Assembly (NCBI GenBank): GCA_965649765.1
Contig: OZ287748.1
Span: 55,614,001-55,678,000 of the forward strand
Source of the DNA: Bispira polyomma
Lineage: Eukaryota
Direction: 5' to 3'
DNA: 64,000 nt
The translations under genes were made by a program, and so were the position numbers. Shown piece by piece: positions 24,301 to 37,400 of the stretch. Within the stretch, counting starts at the first letter, position 1, and every line of letters begins with the position of its first letter. Below the pieces are notes generated by a model. It searched no databases. It worked only from the letters and a program-made list of their open reading frames with translations, and had not been told where the DNA came from.

Positions 24301-27300
24301 TTACCAATAAAGAGTGACTTTTACCAGCTTTTTTTTTAACCAACTCCGAATGGGGATGCTCCATGTAATATATTGTTTTTGTTTATACTAGTCTCCTGTT
24401 ATACTCACCTTTTGCTTTGTTTCAAGTTTGTTTACATCGGTTAATTTGCCTGCTCAGCCGGGATCGGCTAAGCACTGATTTATATCTTCTCCATTGACAT
24501 TCAAATTACCTACGCAGGCATTTGCTAGTATTGTATTCAGTTGTGATCCATTTAGGAGTGTGTTTCTTAAAGACTTTTTGTTTTCAAGGAAGCATGCTTG
24601 TCTAATATATGCCTAAGGTCTGATAGATATTGATTGTATAGTTCATAAATATCATTGGAAGGTAAAAGAACAAAGAAAATATTTTGTTAATCACTTGTTA
24701 AACTATCCAGAGTGTGTGTGGAATGGAAGTGAGCAGTCTGCTGGAATAAGCAGTAAATCTAGGGTGTGACCTAAGAGATGTGACCTAAGGATGCCACCAC
24801 CAATATGCCAGCGGTCCCAAAGAAGAGTTGGTATGATGGTTACCCTGGTCGCCATAGTATGACCCATGGATACATGTCACAGATGTCACAAGATATTATG
24901 AATAAATATTATAAATACACATATTACAAATACATGTTATAAATAGCATGGAACATCAGGCTTCATTTGGGTGGCAAATACTGATCTATACGATGTTGAT
25001 TGATGAAGATCCTGAATGAATATGCAAGCCATTGCAGAAACCTACCCATATATATATATATAGCTACAGAGTCCAGACACAATCCAGATAAGATCAAATC
25101 ACCCTTCATAGCCTGCATTCTTCCTGTCCTCTGCGTCATTGGAACCCATTCTCCCAAGCCTCCTAGTAGATGGGTAGGAAGTTCGCCATCCAGCAAAACT
25201 TATTATTCTTTTTATCTTCCAGTAATAACCTATGCATTGTAGATAATTCCCAGTTAACTCACGCACATAGGTGATAGATTGGCAACCCTTTCTTCTTCCT
25301 GGTTCTCAATGGAACTATAATGCATTGTTAGAGGGGTCGCCAAAATCATAACGTAAGCATGGGCATTACCACCATGGATAAATCTGGGACAGATTTGTGG
25401 CAGCCATTTGTGTAAATGAGAACAAGGTGTGAAGATCTACTCCATACAAGTAAGACTAAGCCTATGCTTATGCTATAGTTTGTGCTTTTCTGTTCTACTC
25501 GTCCATTTCCACCGTTTGTGCTAAACTAGTTTGTATCTTTCGGTTACAGAACGTTTCTATTATTTGAACAAAGTTCTCCCAACACATTGAAATAATAGAG
25601 GTTTTACTGTGCTATTGCAAAGACAACAAAAATCTGTTAATACTGCTACAATCTGGCATTTAGTGATATTTTATTTTTCAAGATCAAATTAAGATCGTTT
25701 TAGTCGGAATAATCTGAAAACATAATTATATATTATATATTTATTGTAGCTTTAAATTGGGCCTCAATATTAACCAGTACTTTATCTAGTTGTAACTGTA
25801 GGGAAAATAATTATACTGATAATGCATACTTATTGCACTTGGAGGGAGATGATACAATAATATTTTGTTATAAAATTTAGCCTCCCATAGTATTAACATC
25901 GAGCATCAATATGTCAGAAATAAGTCTAAAACTTGTGGTTGTTTAATAGGCTGTATATTAATATAGTTTTATCGCTTTAATGTGAGAGTCATATGTAATT
26001 TGAACATGTGTTAAATTATCAACAGGAAATGTTAAATATAACCGGGTTATCTACTATTTCTATGTGAGTTAAATAAATACAGATAAAGAGAAATAGATAA
26101 TATGAAAGTAACAGATATGTATTTCTATATATGCACTTGACACGTAGACAGTTGAATAAAAATGATCTGATAATGAATAATATGTATATATATTATAATA
26201 TATTTGAAACTATTTTAACATAAATGATATAAATATATTAGAACTATAATGGAAGCCACTACCATATTCGACCATTTAAGTGTACAGCGCTGCTACAAAA
26301 TTGCTTTTCTTAAACTAAATCTAATTGATTTTATTCTTCAATTTCACAGCATATAATGTATAACATAATTACAAGTTCAGAGATAGAAATATATAATATA
26401 CAAATGTTCGTACATGCATACTTTAGTACATAAAGAGAATAAAGAAAGACAATTTAATAAATAATAGTCAAATAACAGTACTAGGAAAACAAGAATAAAT
26501 AAGGAAATACACTTAAATACATAACAATACTAACAATACTATTACAATCGTACATCTTCTATATATTTACATTAAAGTGTGTCTTCATGTTTGACTTAAA
26601 TGTATCTTCCTTTTTCTACATTCTAATATTCATTTTGGTACATATGTTCAACTTTTTTTAGGTTATGGTAGTTTAACGTTTCTTCGTTTATAGCACATGA
26701 GAAAATATAATGTTTAGTTGCTATTATAATAAGGTTGATTGGAAGGAATTTATTGCTAAATTTTGATTAGAAACGACTAGATTATATTATATTAGGACTA
26801 TGGCAGGCATGTTTCTACCGCGACCGGCTGTATAGATTGTTCTCGTTATTTGTTTATTTTATATTCGTACACAAAGTGCACAACTGTAATTTAAAAGGAA
26901 AACAACAAAAGGAATATAACATATATCAAAAGAATGGAATTAATGATTCATTTATTATCAAATATGCTATTTCAGCTACATCTCGTGCTACAGCATAGCA
27001 GACAAACATTTGTAAAAATGTGTTATGTACGAGTGAACAATTTCCTTTCTTATACATTTCTTTTTAGAGTGTATTCCATTCGTGTTTATAAACTATATAT
27101 ACTTCAGTGTAACACGTGTTGGGTCAAAATTAAAATATACTAAACAGAATGATGACAGAATAATGAAAGTGGGATAAGAAAGTTATGCCTTTATGACTGT
27201 ATATTATAATATATATGATCTTGCCTCATTAATGTGTAGATTTTATGTGGAGACAGTGGAGCAAATTAAACATTTTGTAATGTAAGAAAGGGGAAAAAGG

Positions 27301-28390
27301 GACAGCTGTCTTATATTAAATCATTAGTTTTGTGTGCTACAACCTGAATATGTTATTACCCAATCATGATAAACAGTGTGAAAAAGCGGGTGTAGATGAT
27401 GAAATCAGTTGGTTATGTCTTGCAAACGGCGGAAAACGAGTGGAAAACTAATGTGTGCTTAACTTGTGTATTGCTCATTTGTTTCAATTTTCCAAAATCA
27501 AGCATGAAACAAATTTTAGTTAATAACACTAATGTAATGGGTTTCCCTACATATTTTTGCATTTTCTATTTTACTAGGATTTAATTTGTGACCATCAAGT
27601 AAAATAGAGAAACTTTAAACAAACTGTTCGTTTATTGTAAAATTGTGTCATTTAAAAAAAATGTCAACGTTCCTTGCCCCTTTTTTCAAAGCTAGCTTAG
27701 GCTTGTGTCTTATTGCTATCTGTTAGATAGAAAGAAAGAATGACAACGATGGGAATTATGTCATATGTCTTTGATACAAACAACGTATATACATCATCTC
27801 TGCACTTTATATGATTATATTAACTCTATTTTATTGCTCCTTTTTGGAATAGATATTGGCCATTACATGAATTACTAAAATATATCAGTTCTATTTTTTT
27901 TCTAACTGTTTGTATTCATATTTTGGTATGCCAACGTATAGTCTGCACATTTATCTACCTAAAGACGGGCTTGAGCACATAAACATTTATTAACGTTTCC
28001 AAGATTTTTAGAAGGCGCTGCCCGGTATTGTTTTTATTATTAAAAGGGTGCCGACATCTTGAAAAATATGTTAGGGTAATATAAACGATGACATAATAAA
28101 TTGTATCATTAGGCAATGCTCTGTCGTCAAGACATTATAATCTACAAATTTAAATGAACTTCAACAAGCTTTACAGGAAGACTGGATAAATTTACCCCAA
28201 TTTTATCAAAAATAAATGCATTCAACATTTTTAGCATTCTTGTATGGCCAATTAGATTCGTTTCCACCAAATGTTGCAATGCTGCATACTTAAAAATGGT
28301 TAGGTCCGTTTATGAATGACTCTTGGCTAGTTTTTATCTTCGTCCAAGGTCACCTGAACGAGCTTGATAGCCGGCAGGAAAATGACCTCA

Positions 28391-28413
28391 AAGATAACTG
28401 AACAAGTATAAAA
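28391..28413 (+). promoter_or_regulatory. Candidate core promoter of carboxypeptidase copy 1 (GATA motif plus TATA box)
   Basis: AGATAA at ~28392 and TATAAAA at 28407-28413, ~70 bp before the ATG; the paralog has TATAAAA at a similar position. Confidence 0.55.
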
Positions 28414-28480
28414 ATGCATGTTTTGTTGTGTGAACCACATTGTTTCTTTTCTGGCTGGTGCAAAAGTCAGAGACTGAAGG

Positions 28481-31400
28481 ATGCTGAAGTTACTTATATT
28501 GGGACTTGGGCTCATTAGTCTTACTCATGCTTGGAAGACATACAGAGGGTAATTATAACTGTTACTTCAGTATTTTGTTAGGAATCAAAGAAGAAAGAAG
28601 CGTCTCAGAAAGAAAGAAATCTGCTATTATACATTCTTTTATATTCTAGTCAAATTTGACTTGTAATGTGGCCACTTATTGTAACCTTTGAAATTTACTA
28701 CATTTATTTTTTTATTTATTACAGTGACATGCACTTATTTAATATATTAATACAAATAAAATAGTTTTTCAATAGTGTTGCCCAGCCCACATGGGCTTAT
28801 ATGTCACTTCAACTTACCACATAATTTTATTGTGTGACTAATACATTTGCAGAATTCTGCAGTTAATAAAAATTTCAATAACAAAGTGAACATTGTTTTT
28901 CTACAATTGCTTTAACATCACACTCTCACTGTTTTTCACTATACTACCAAATTTAACTTTTTATTTTTACAAGAAATTTACATTACAATATATACCAAAA
29001 CAATTTAGTTACTGTTCAATTTTGTTTACCATTTACATAATACTACTTTTGGAGAAAGTTTTGCGGTATATTCCAAGATGTATTAAGGTAATTTGCTAGG
29101 GCCTTGTCAAAGTGTTTTACAATAGTTTAGGAACTTTTCAGTATCAGGGATAGTTACTAAAGAAGGAACACTTTCCCGTATAACATTATATAGAATATCT
29201 CTTGGTTTACTGTAAGCAGGACAGTTACAAAGAAAATGTATTTCATCCTTAATTACATTACTGTTACAAACAAGACATAATCGTTCTTCAGGGAATAGCT
29301 TCTGAAACTTTCTAGTATTTACATCTTCAGTCAAATTTTATCTCCCTGTGCTATCCTTAAAGGTAGCACACTGTACGAAATTGAACAAGGCGAGACCTCT
29401 TATGATTTTTTAATAGTATTTTTGCATACTTGTCTGGTTCCAATTTACATTTAAATGTCCAATACAATCTACGTTTTGGTTTAGAGTCTACCTCAGATTT
29501 TCATTCTTTCTCAAATACATTTGAAAGTTTTAATTTGTACTGGTCATTCATGTTGACCAAGACTTTAGAAGTTTATGCTTGTGACATATTTAGAACATTA
29601 AATAAATTTTTCATATTCGCTGACCAATTTGATTTACAGTTATTGTTATCCCAGAGAAAGATATTTTTTAACAACCTGTCTTCATTTGTTTTTTCTATTC
29701 CAAAGTCTAAACATGGATACATATTGTCCATACCTTCTTGGTATCATCGTTTCATATCGTCTATACAACTAAAAATGCCAAAATCCTCAATCGGAAATGA
29801 TTTAATTGCAATTTAATATATAACTCAAGTGGCAACCCATGTTAGAATTCCTTGTACCTTCAAACGTACCGCAATATGTTTTGTGCATTTAGTTACCGCA
29901 CTTACAAAGTGACACCCCAGACTGATGAACAAGTGATAAACCTGAGAAATATTCTGGATAATGATATTGAGGTAATTTATTGTATTTTACAATGGCAGTA
30001 ACTAAACTGAAGTACTTGTTCGTGGAACAATCCTTTTGGTCATCTTAAACTATAATATCAGTGATCATTACAAAGAAATAAAACTTGGTAACAAAACGTC
30101 CTCAAATATTATGCTTCCATTTAGTAAAACTTCTACCATTTTAAAGTAATTTTGCACCATTTTCACCCTAATTTTTGATAAATTTTCAGAGGCATTACAT
30201 TCTTAACATTGGTATGTTGTAGTTGTCATAGTCAACCAAAAGGACATTAAAAAAAAACCAAAGTTTATGACCATCTAACCGAAGTTACAAAAACAACCCC
30301 ATTAATATATTTTGATGGAATTCATTTTAATTTAATTATTAGACATTTGACTACTGTTAATTTCTGCAGTATTATGTATGAAAGCTTCTGTCATTCACAA
30401 TAGCTGCAATCGTTAGAGGTGAGCTCTGCATAAGGGTCTGCAAGGCTCTTGTGGTAAATTTCTCTAATCTGCCTGTAAATCTTGTTCCAGTGATTAACTT
30501 GGTCACCTTTAGGTAAAAATTAAATAAATCAATTTTTCTCGCAATTTTGGTGGATAGATGTAGCATTTTTTTAGCAGCCCTATATGTGTTCATTTCAAAT
30601 AGTTCTTGTTTACAAACCCTCCTGGCATGAGTTGTATAATTAAGTTAATCAGCTGCGACTGGTCAAGGTACTGACATCTGTTGAAGATATATATTATTGT
30701 CCTTTTGTAGCTAGATGTGTGGAAAGCCTCCCATGGAGTTGGTAATGAAGCCCATGTGATGGTCTCACCTGAAAAACGTCTCTCTTTCGCAGAACTTATG
30801 GTCAGGAAGGGTTTTACCCTTGGTGTACATGTGGAAGATGTAGGAGAGTAAGTCAAAGCTATTTGTTTACTGGGAGCTTTTTAAGTAGATGTACATGTGG
30901 CAGATGTTGGAGAGTAAGTCAAAGCTATTGATTTACTAGGAGCTTTTAAACTAGATGTACATGTGGTTTGGTCTTAATGGTACTGTCCTTGATTGGATCA
31001 AATCGTACCTTGCTCTTAGAACCCAAAAAATCAAATTGGGCAACCACTTTTCATCTTCTTTTAACCTACCATTTGGAGTACCCCAGGGGTCGGCTCTCGA
31101 CCCTTTACTGTTTACCCTCTGCACCCATCCTATCAGTGCAGTCATCAATAATCACAATGTTAAACATCACATGTATGCTGATCAAAGCTATTGGTTTACT
31201 AGGAGCTTCTAAACTGGATGTACATGTGGTAGATGTAGCAGAGTAAGTCAAAGCTATTAGTTTACCAGGAGCTTTTAAACTAGATGTACATGTGGAAGAT
31301 GTAGCAGAGTAAGTCAAAGCTATTTTTTTATGCAGAGCTTTTAAACTAGATGTACATGTGGTAAATGTAAGAGAGTAAATCAAAGCTATTGGTTTACCAG

Positions 31401-34400
31401 GAGCTGTTAAACTAGATGCACATGTGGTAAATGTAGGAGAGTAAATCAAAGCTATTGGTTTACTAGGAGCTTTAAAACTAGATGTACATGTGGAAGATGT
31501 AAGAGAGTAAATCAAAGCTATTGGTTTACCAGGAGCTTTTAAAGTAGATGTACATGTGATAGATGTAAGAGAGTAAATCAAAGCTATTGGTTTACTAGGA
31601 GCTTTTAAACTAGATGTACATGTGGTAAATCTAAGAGAATAAATCAAAGCTATTGGTTTACTTGGAGTTTTTAAACTAGATGTACATGTGGTAAATCTAA
31701 GAGAGTAAATCAAAGCTATTGGTTTACTAGGAGCTTTTAAACTAGATGTACATGTGGTAGATGTAGCAGAGTAAATCAAAGCTATTTTTGATCCCGGAGC
31801 TTTTAAACTAGATGTACATGTGGTAAATGTAAGAGAGTAAATCAAAGCTATTGGTTTACCAGGAGCTGTTAAACTAGATGTACATGTGGTAAATGTAGGA
31901 GAGTAAATCAAAGCTATTGGTTTACTAGGAGCTTTTAAACTAGGTGTACATGTGGAAGATGTAAGAGAGTAAATCAAAGCTATTGGTTTACCAGGAGCTT
32001 TTAAAGTAGATGTACATGTGATAGATGTAAGAGAGTAAATCAAAGCTATCGGTTTACTAGGAGCTTTTAAACTAGATGTACATGTGGTAAATCTAAGAGA
32101 GTAAATCAAAGCTATTGGTTTACTAGGAGCTTTTAAACTAGATGTACATGTGGAAGATGTAGCAGAGTAAGTCAAAGCTATTTTTTATGCGGAGCTTTTA
32201 AACTAGATGTACATGTGGTAAATGTAAGAGAGTAAATCAAAGCTATTGGTTTACCAGGAGCTTTTAAACTAGATGTACATGTGGTAAATGTAGGAGAGTA
32301 AATCAAAGCTATTGGTTTACTAGGAGCTTTTAAAGTAGATGTACATGTGATAGATGTAAGAGAGTAAATCAAAACTATTGGTTTACTAGGAGCTTTTAAA
32401 CTAGATGTACATGTGGTATATCTAAGAGATTAAATCAAAGCTATTGGTTTACCAGGAGCTGTTAAACTAGATGTACATGTGGTAAATGTAGGAGAGTAAA
32501 TCAAAGCTATTGGTTTACTAGGAGCTTTTAAACTAGGTGTACATGTGGAAGATGTAAGAGAGTAAATCAAAGCTATTGGTTTACCAGGAGCTTTTAAAGT
32601 AGATGTACATGTGATAGATGTAAGAGAGTAAATCAAAACTATTGGTTTACTAGGAGCTTTTAAACTAGATGTACATGTGGTATATCTAAGAGATTAAATC
32701 AAAGCTATTGGTTTACCAGGAGCTGTTAAACTAGATGTACATGTGGTAAATGTAAGAGAGTAAATCAAAGCTATTGGTTTACCAGGAGCTTTTAAACTAG
32801 GTGTACATGTGGAAGATGTAAGAGAGTAAATCAAAGCTATTGGTTTACTAGGAGCTTTTAAACTAGATGTACATGTGGTAAATCTAAGAGAATAAATCAA
32901 AGCTATTGGTTTACTAGGAGCTTTTAAACTAGATGTACATGTGGTAAATCTAAGAGAGTAAATCAAAGCTATTGGTTTACAAGGAGCTTTTAAACTAGAT
33001 GTACATGTGGTAAATCTAAGAGAGTAAATCAAAGCTATTGGTTTACTAGGAGCTTTTAAACTAGATGTACATGTGGTAGATATAAGAGAGTAAATCAAAG
33101 CTATTTGTTTACCAGCAGCTTTTAAACTAGATGTACATGTGGTAGATGTAGCAGAGTAAATCAAAGCTATTGATTTACTAGGAGCTTTAAAACTAGATGT
33201 ACATGTGGTAGATGTAGCAGAGTAAGTCAAAACTATTGGTTTACCAGGAGCTTTTAAACTAGATGTACATATGGAAGAAGTAGGAGAGTAAGTCAAAACT
33301 ATTGGTTTACTAGGAGCTGTTAAACTAGATGTACATATAGCAGATATACAAGAGTAAATCACAGTTATTTGTATACTAGGAGCTGTTAACCTAGATGTAC
33401 ATATAGCAGATATAGGAGAGTATATCAGTTATTTGTTCACTAGGAGCTGTTACACTAGATATACATATAGCAGATATAGAAGAGTACATCACAGTTGTTT
33501 GTTTAATAGGAGCTGTTAAACTAGATGTACATATAGCAGATATAGGAGAGCAAATCACAGTTATTTGTTTACTGGGGGATTTTAAACTAGAGGTACATAT
33601 AGCAGATATAGGTGAGTGTAAGTCAAAACTATTTGTTAACCTTTATTTTTCTTTGTAATTAGTGAGGTGGCTGAATTTAAAGCCAGACTGGATGCTAGAA
33701 GAAAACCTGATGGCAGAATGGACTTTAATCTGAATGATTACAATACTGTGGCGGACGTAAGATTTATGATTTGGCTAGCATCTTTGCAATGTTTCATTTA
33801 TTGATTTATAGTACAGTAATTTGAAGTAAATCTCTCCCCACCTTTCCCCCACCAATATAAGATTGGTTTTTGTTTGATAAGTCAGTCAAAGTAGATGTCA
33901 GGACTAGATTGTAGTTGGATTGAGGAAAAACCTCTATAATATTTAAAAAAGAAACCGCATAGTCTTAAATTATAAGACCTATTATTGCTGCACACAGTCA
34001 AATTCTAGTCATATGTGGAGACACAAATTTTGTCAATTTATATTTGTCATTAAATTGAAGTAAATATGTTTTTTTCTTTGAATACAGACTTTTGATCAAC
34101 TTTACATTTGGCAAAACAACTGTCCAAATGGCATCACTTGTGGAGTGAGAACAGTAGGGAATTCACATGAAGGCGAGAACACACTGATGTTTTGGGTAAG
34201 TTGTATTTGAGTGGCTTGTGATAAAATCAATGATTATGTACCATTTTGGAAGTATAAAAATTTGTTGGGATAATTCCATAAAACAAAAATCCTGGACAAA
34301 TTCGGGTCGCTCTGTCTGCTTCATAAATTCGAACAGTTTGTGTCAATCGTTTTCACATATTCATAGTAGAATGTATTTTGGAGAAGGATTGGAACAAGGA

Positions 34401-37400
34401 CACCTACTCAACTCCATACAAGCGTTATTGACCCGTCCAAACTCAGGGGTGTCAGATTTATATTATCAGGCGATTATCAGGCAAAGTCTTATGTTGTAAC
34501 CATGTTGAAAATAATATGTAAAACCTTTACAGATTGATTGGAAGTAATCAACCCAACCAAAACTTAGGGGTGTTAGACACACTGTGCGCTCATTTTTTTA
34601 AAAAGACAATTCTTGTTACACACATGCTTTATTTAAGAAGATGAATATATTATAATTTATTCCTTTCGGGTCAAATGGCGTACTGGAATTAAATGAACTT
34701 GCCCCATTTGTGACTTCCCCCCGAACAAATCCAACTTGTTTTGTAGTAAAAGTGTAAATAACTCCTCTTAGTACTCAGAGATGATGAAAGACATTGACTG
34801 GATATCAACAGGGTCTATATTTATACAACATCTTATACTCACAGTAATTGCCAATTTTTTGTATCCTTGTTTACATGAAGATATAACAAAAAGGGTGATA
34901 CACGGGCGGTCACAATAGTGTCTGGGTCATGATGGTGTCCGGGTCATAATAGTTTTTAAAGAACACAATGAGGGAAATTATTGTAGCATTTAATAAAATG
35001 GTAACATCTCTAGGTTATTCTTAATAAACAAAAATTGATACATGTCATATTTCAGTTTCATCATGAGTTTATTTTCACACCTTTGATAAATATGCTTCAA
35101 TGTGACCTTAAAGAATCAATCCATGGTCAAACAATATTCAATTGTTTTGTCTTCTTTAACCTGCAAAGCAGCAGGAATAAAACTATATTATATTTTGAAT
35201 TTTTTACTTGAGATAAAAATAGAAAAGAAATTCTTCCGAATCTCTATAGATATAAATGTATGGAAAACAAACTATTGAACACATTAAGCCACAGTTTTAG
35301 CTTATTGTAAGAATCAAACCATTCTTTCTTAAATACCCTGTATTTAATTGTATGAGGTATGTTATGAATTAAATACAAAATGTGATTTGGTAGTTTTGAC
35401 TATCATCGTTTTTTAGATAGCATCAAGATCAGTATACTGTATAACCCTTTGTTTCTTATAGTATACGCTTATAGTATATAGACTATACAGAAAAAAAACA
35501 ATCATGTGTGTTGTTAAAGGACCTTTCTGTGTTGACATATTATTAGATGTCGGGAGGAGGGGCAGGAGGAAATATTTATATAGATTCACTGACCCATGCA
35601 AGAGAAAGGTTGACTGGCACTACTGTGAACAACATGATAAATAAGGTAAATTCTGGTTTAAACTATTATAACAGAAGCTGTTAGTTACAAATGAGTACTA
35701 ATCTTGTTTTGTTGCATATATGTATATATATATATATATTTGGTGTGAATACTTGGATAGAATATGGCTAAGGAAGGTCCAAAGATGTAATGAAAAACAG
35801 ATTTTACCATGTAAAAATGGAACACTCGGTAATGTTAACTTACTGTATTGAAGTTACAATATGTATACAATTCTAAATACTAAACCTTATCTTGAGTAGA
35901 TTTTCTATGATTTCATTTTGACTTCGTGACACAGTATGTGGGTTTGTTTCAGATGGTTTTTGACTATGACAGTGATAGTGACGTCCAATATTTAGTGGAC
36001 AATTATGACTGGTACTTTGTGCCCATTGTTAATCCAGATGGTTATCAGTATGCTCTTGACGCGGTAAGTATGCACCATTTATTATTGAAACATTTCTGTA
36101 GCACCCTATTGATATAACATCATCCTGACACTCACTCTCCAAAAGGGATAGTACTACAACATAGTCTGGGTTGTCATCAGTAGACAATGGTATGTACACA
36201 TCTTGGTCCAGATGTTATCTCACCAATCCAATTAGCAGTATTAGCAGGAGCCGAACAGCAGACCCTGCCAATAACTAGACCAACTCCCCCAAACTAGAAT
36301 TGAACCAGAACCCTGTAATAGCTAAACCAACTCACAAGACATTAGGCTACGAGGGAACAGCAGAGAACTGTTACAGTAACACCTCTTTAAAACTGAGGCA
36401 AGGACAGTAAAACCTCTAGTATCCAAACATATTGGGAGAACAAGATTTTGTTCAAATAATGAAGGTTAATACAATAGAAGATACATTTCTTTATAAAACA
36501 ATAGGTTAACATATATTTGGAGAAACAATTTAATAAAATTGAATATATACCCCGGCAAGAATAAATTAAAAATTGAATAATAGAAGTTCCAATATATTCA
36601 CTAATCAATATCACATTTGTTCCCTTGCAGAATGAGCCACTTACTAACCGATACTGAGAACAGGTTACTACTTGAATTATTGTTGCACCTTTATTTTGTC
36701 GTCTCACAAAATATGATCCTCAAATCTCTATATTGGCTTCCATTTCAACAAGGGGCCGCGGTGGCCTAGTGGTTAGCAAGCATTGCGCTTCACAATCACT
36801 GGTCTGTCAGCTCTGAGCGGCGTGAGTTTGAATCCTGTCGATGCCTATGTGGGAAAGGTGGTAGTTCCTTACTGTGGGCCGCTGGTTTCATTGCAGAACC
36901 TTGATCAACTGTATGCAGTGTTTCCTCCAGCGTTTCCAACTACCCATCCCACTATAACCTAAACAGGTACTAGAGTGGACGTTAAATATCCAAATTGAAT
37001 TAAATTAAATCCACTTCAACAAACTCATGAATACAAGATCCTACTCGTATGTTTCAAGGCCCTACATGGTTTCACATCCAGTTAACCTGGGCTTCCTTTC
37101 AGCATGTATTTCTCGGCTGACGTTGGCCGATATCGGCCAATTTCATTGATCATTATTTAATATTAGGAGGTGCTTCCTTTCAACACAGTTCCCCCAGATC
37201 AGACGTCGGCCGACGTCTGTTCCCCCATCATAATTTATCGGTCAAAGAGTGAAAAAAATCGAGAGGTCTGTCTGAATCTAAGGTTTGAACAAAAATTAAA
37301 AAAAAAATCTCACACCATTTTACATAGTATATATTAGTTCACAGGAAGCCCTACATCGGCTGATGTCGGCTCGTCTCGGATTTCAAAAAAATCTGCTGAC

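Noticed and set aside
31105-33362. Long minus-strand Thr/Ser-rich 22-aa-repeat ORFs (356 aa here; 394 and 244 aa at 59299-61802) resembling a mucin or antifreeze protein
   Set aside because: They are a by-product of a 66-bp (3n) unit that lacks stops in one antisense frame. They begin at non-ATG codons, are broken by stops and frameshifts, and lie antisense within a carboxypeptidase intron.
30822-33640. CRISPR-like appearance of the 66-, 38- and 33-bp arrays
   Set aside because: The units are contiguous with no unique spacers, there are no cas genes, and the context is eukaryotic introns.
34218-34499. 93-aa ORF conserved at 62658-62939
   Set aside because: It is intronic; the conservation only reflects the near-identical duplication.
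34196-35952. Apparent absence of the HxxE zinc-binding exon, suggesting a pseudogene
   Set aside because: The exon is present at 35547-35645 (IYIDSLTHARER); it is simply too short for the ORF track.
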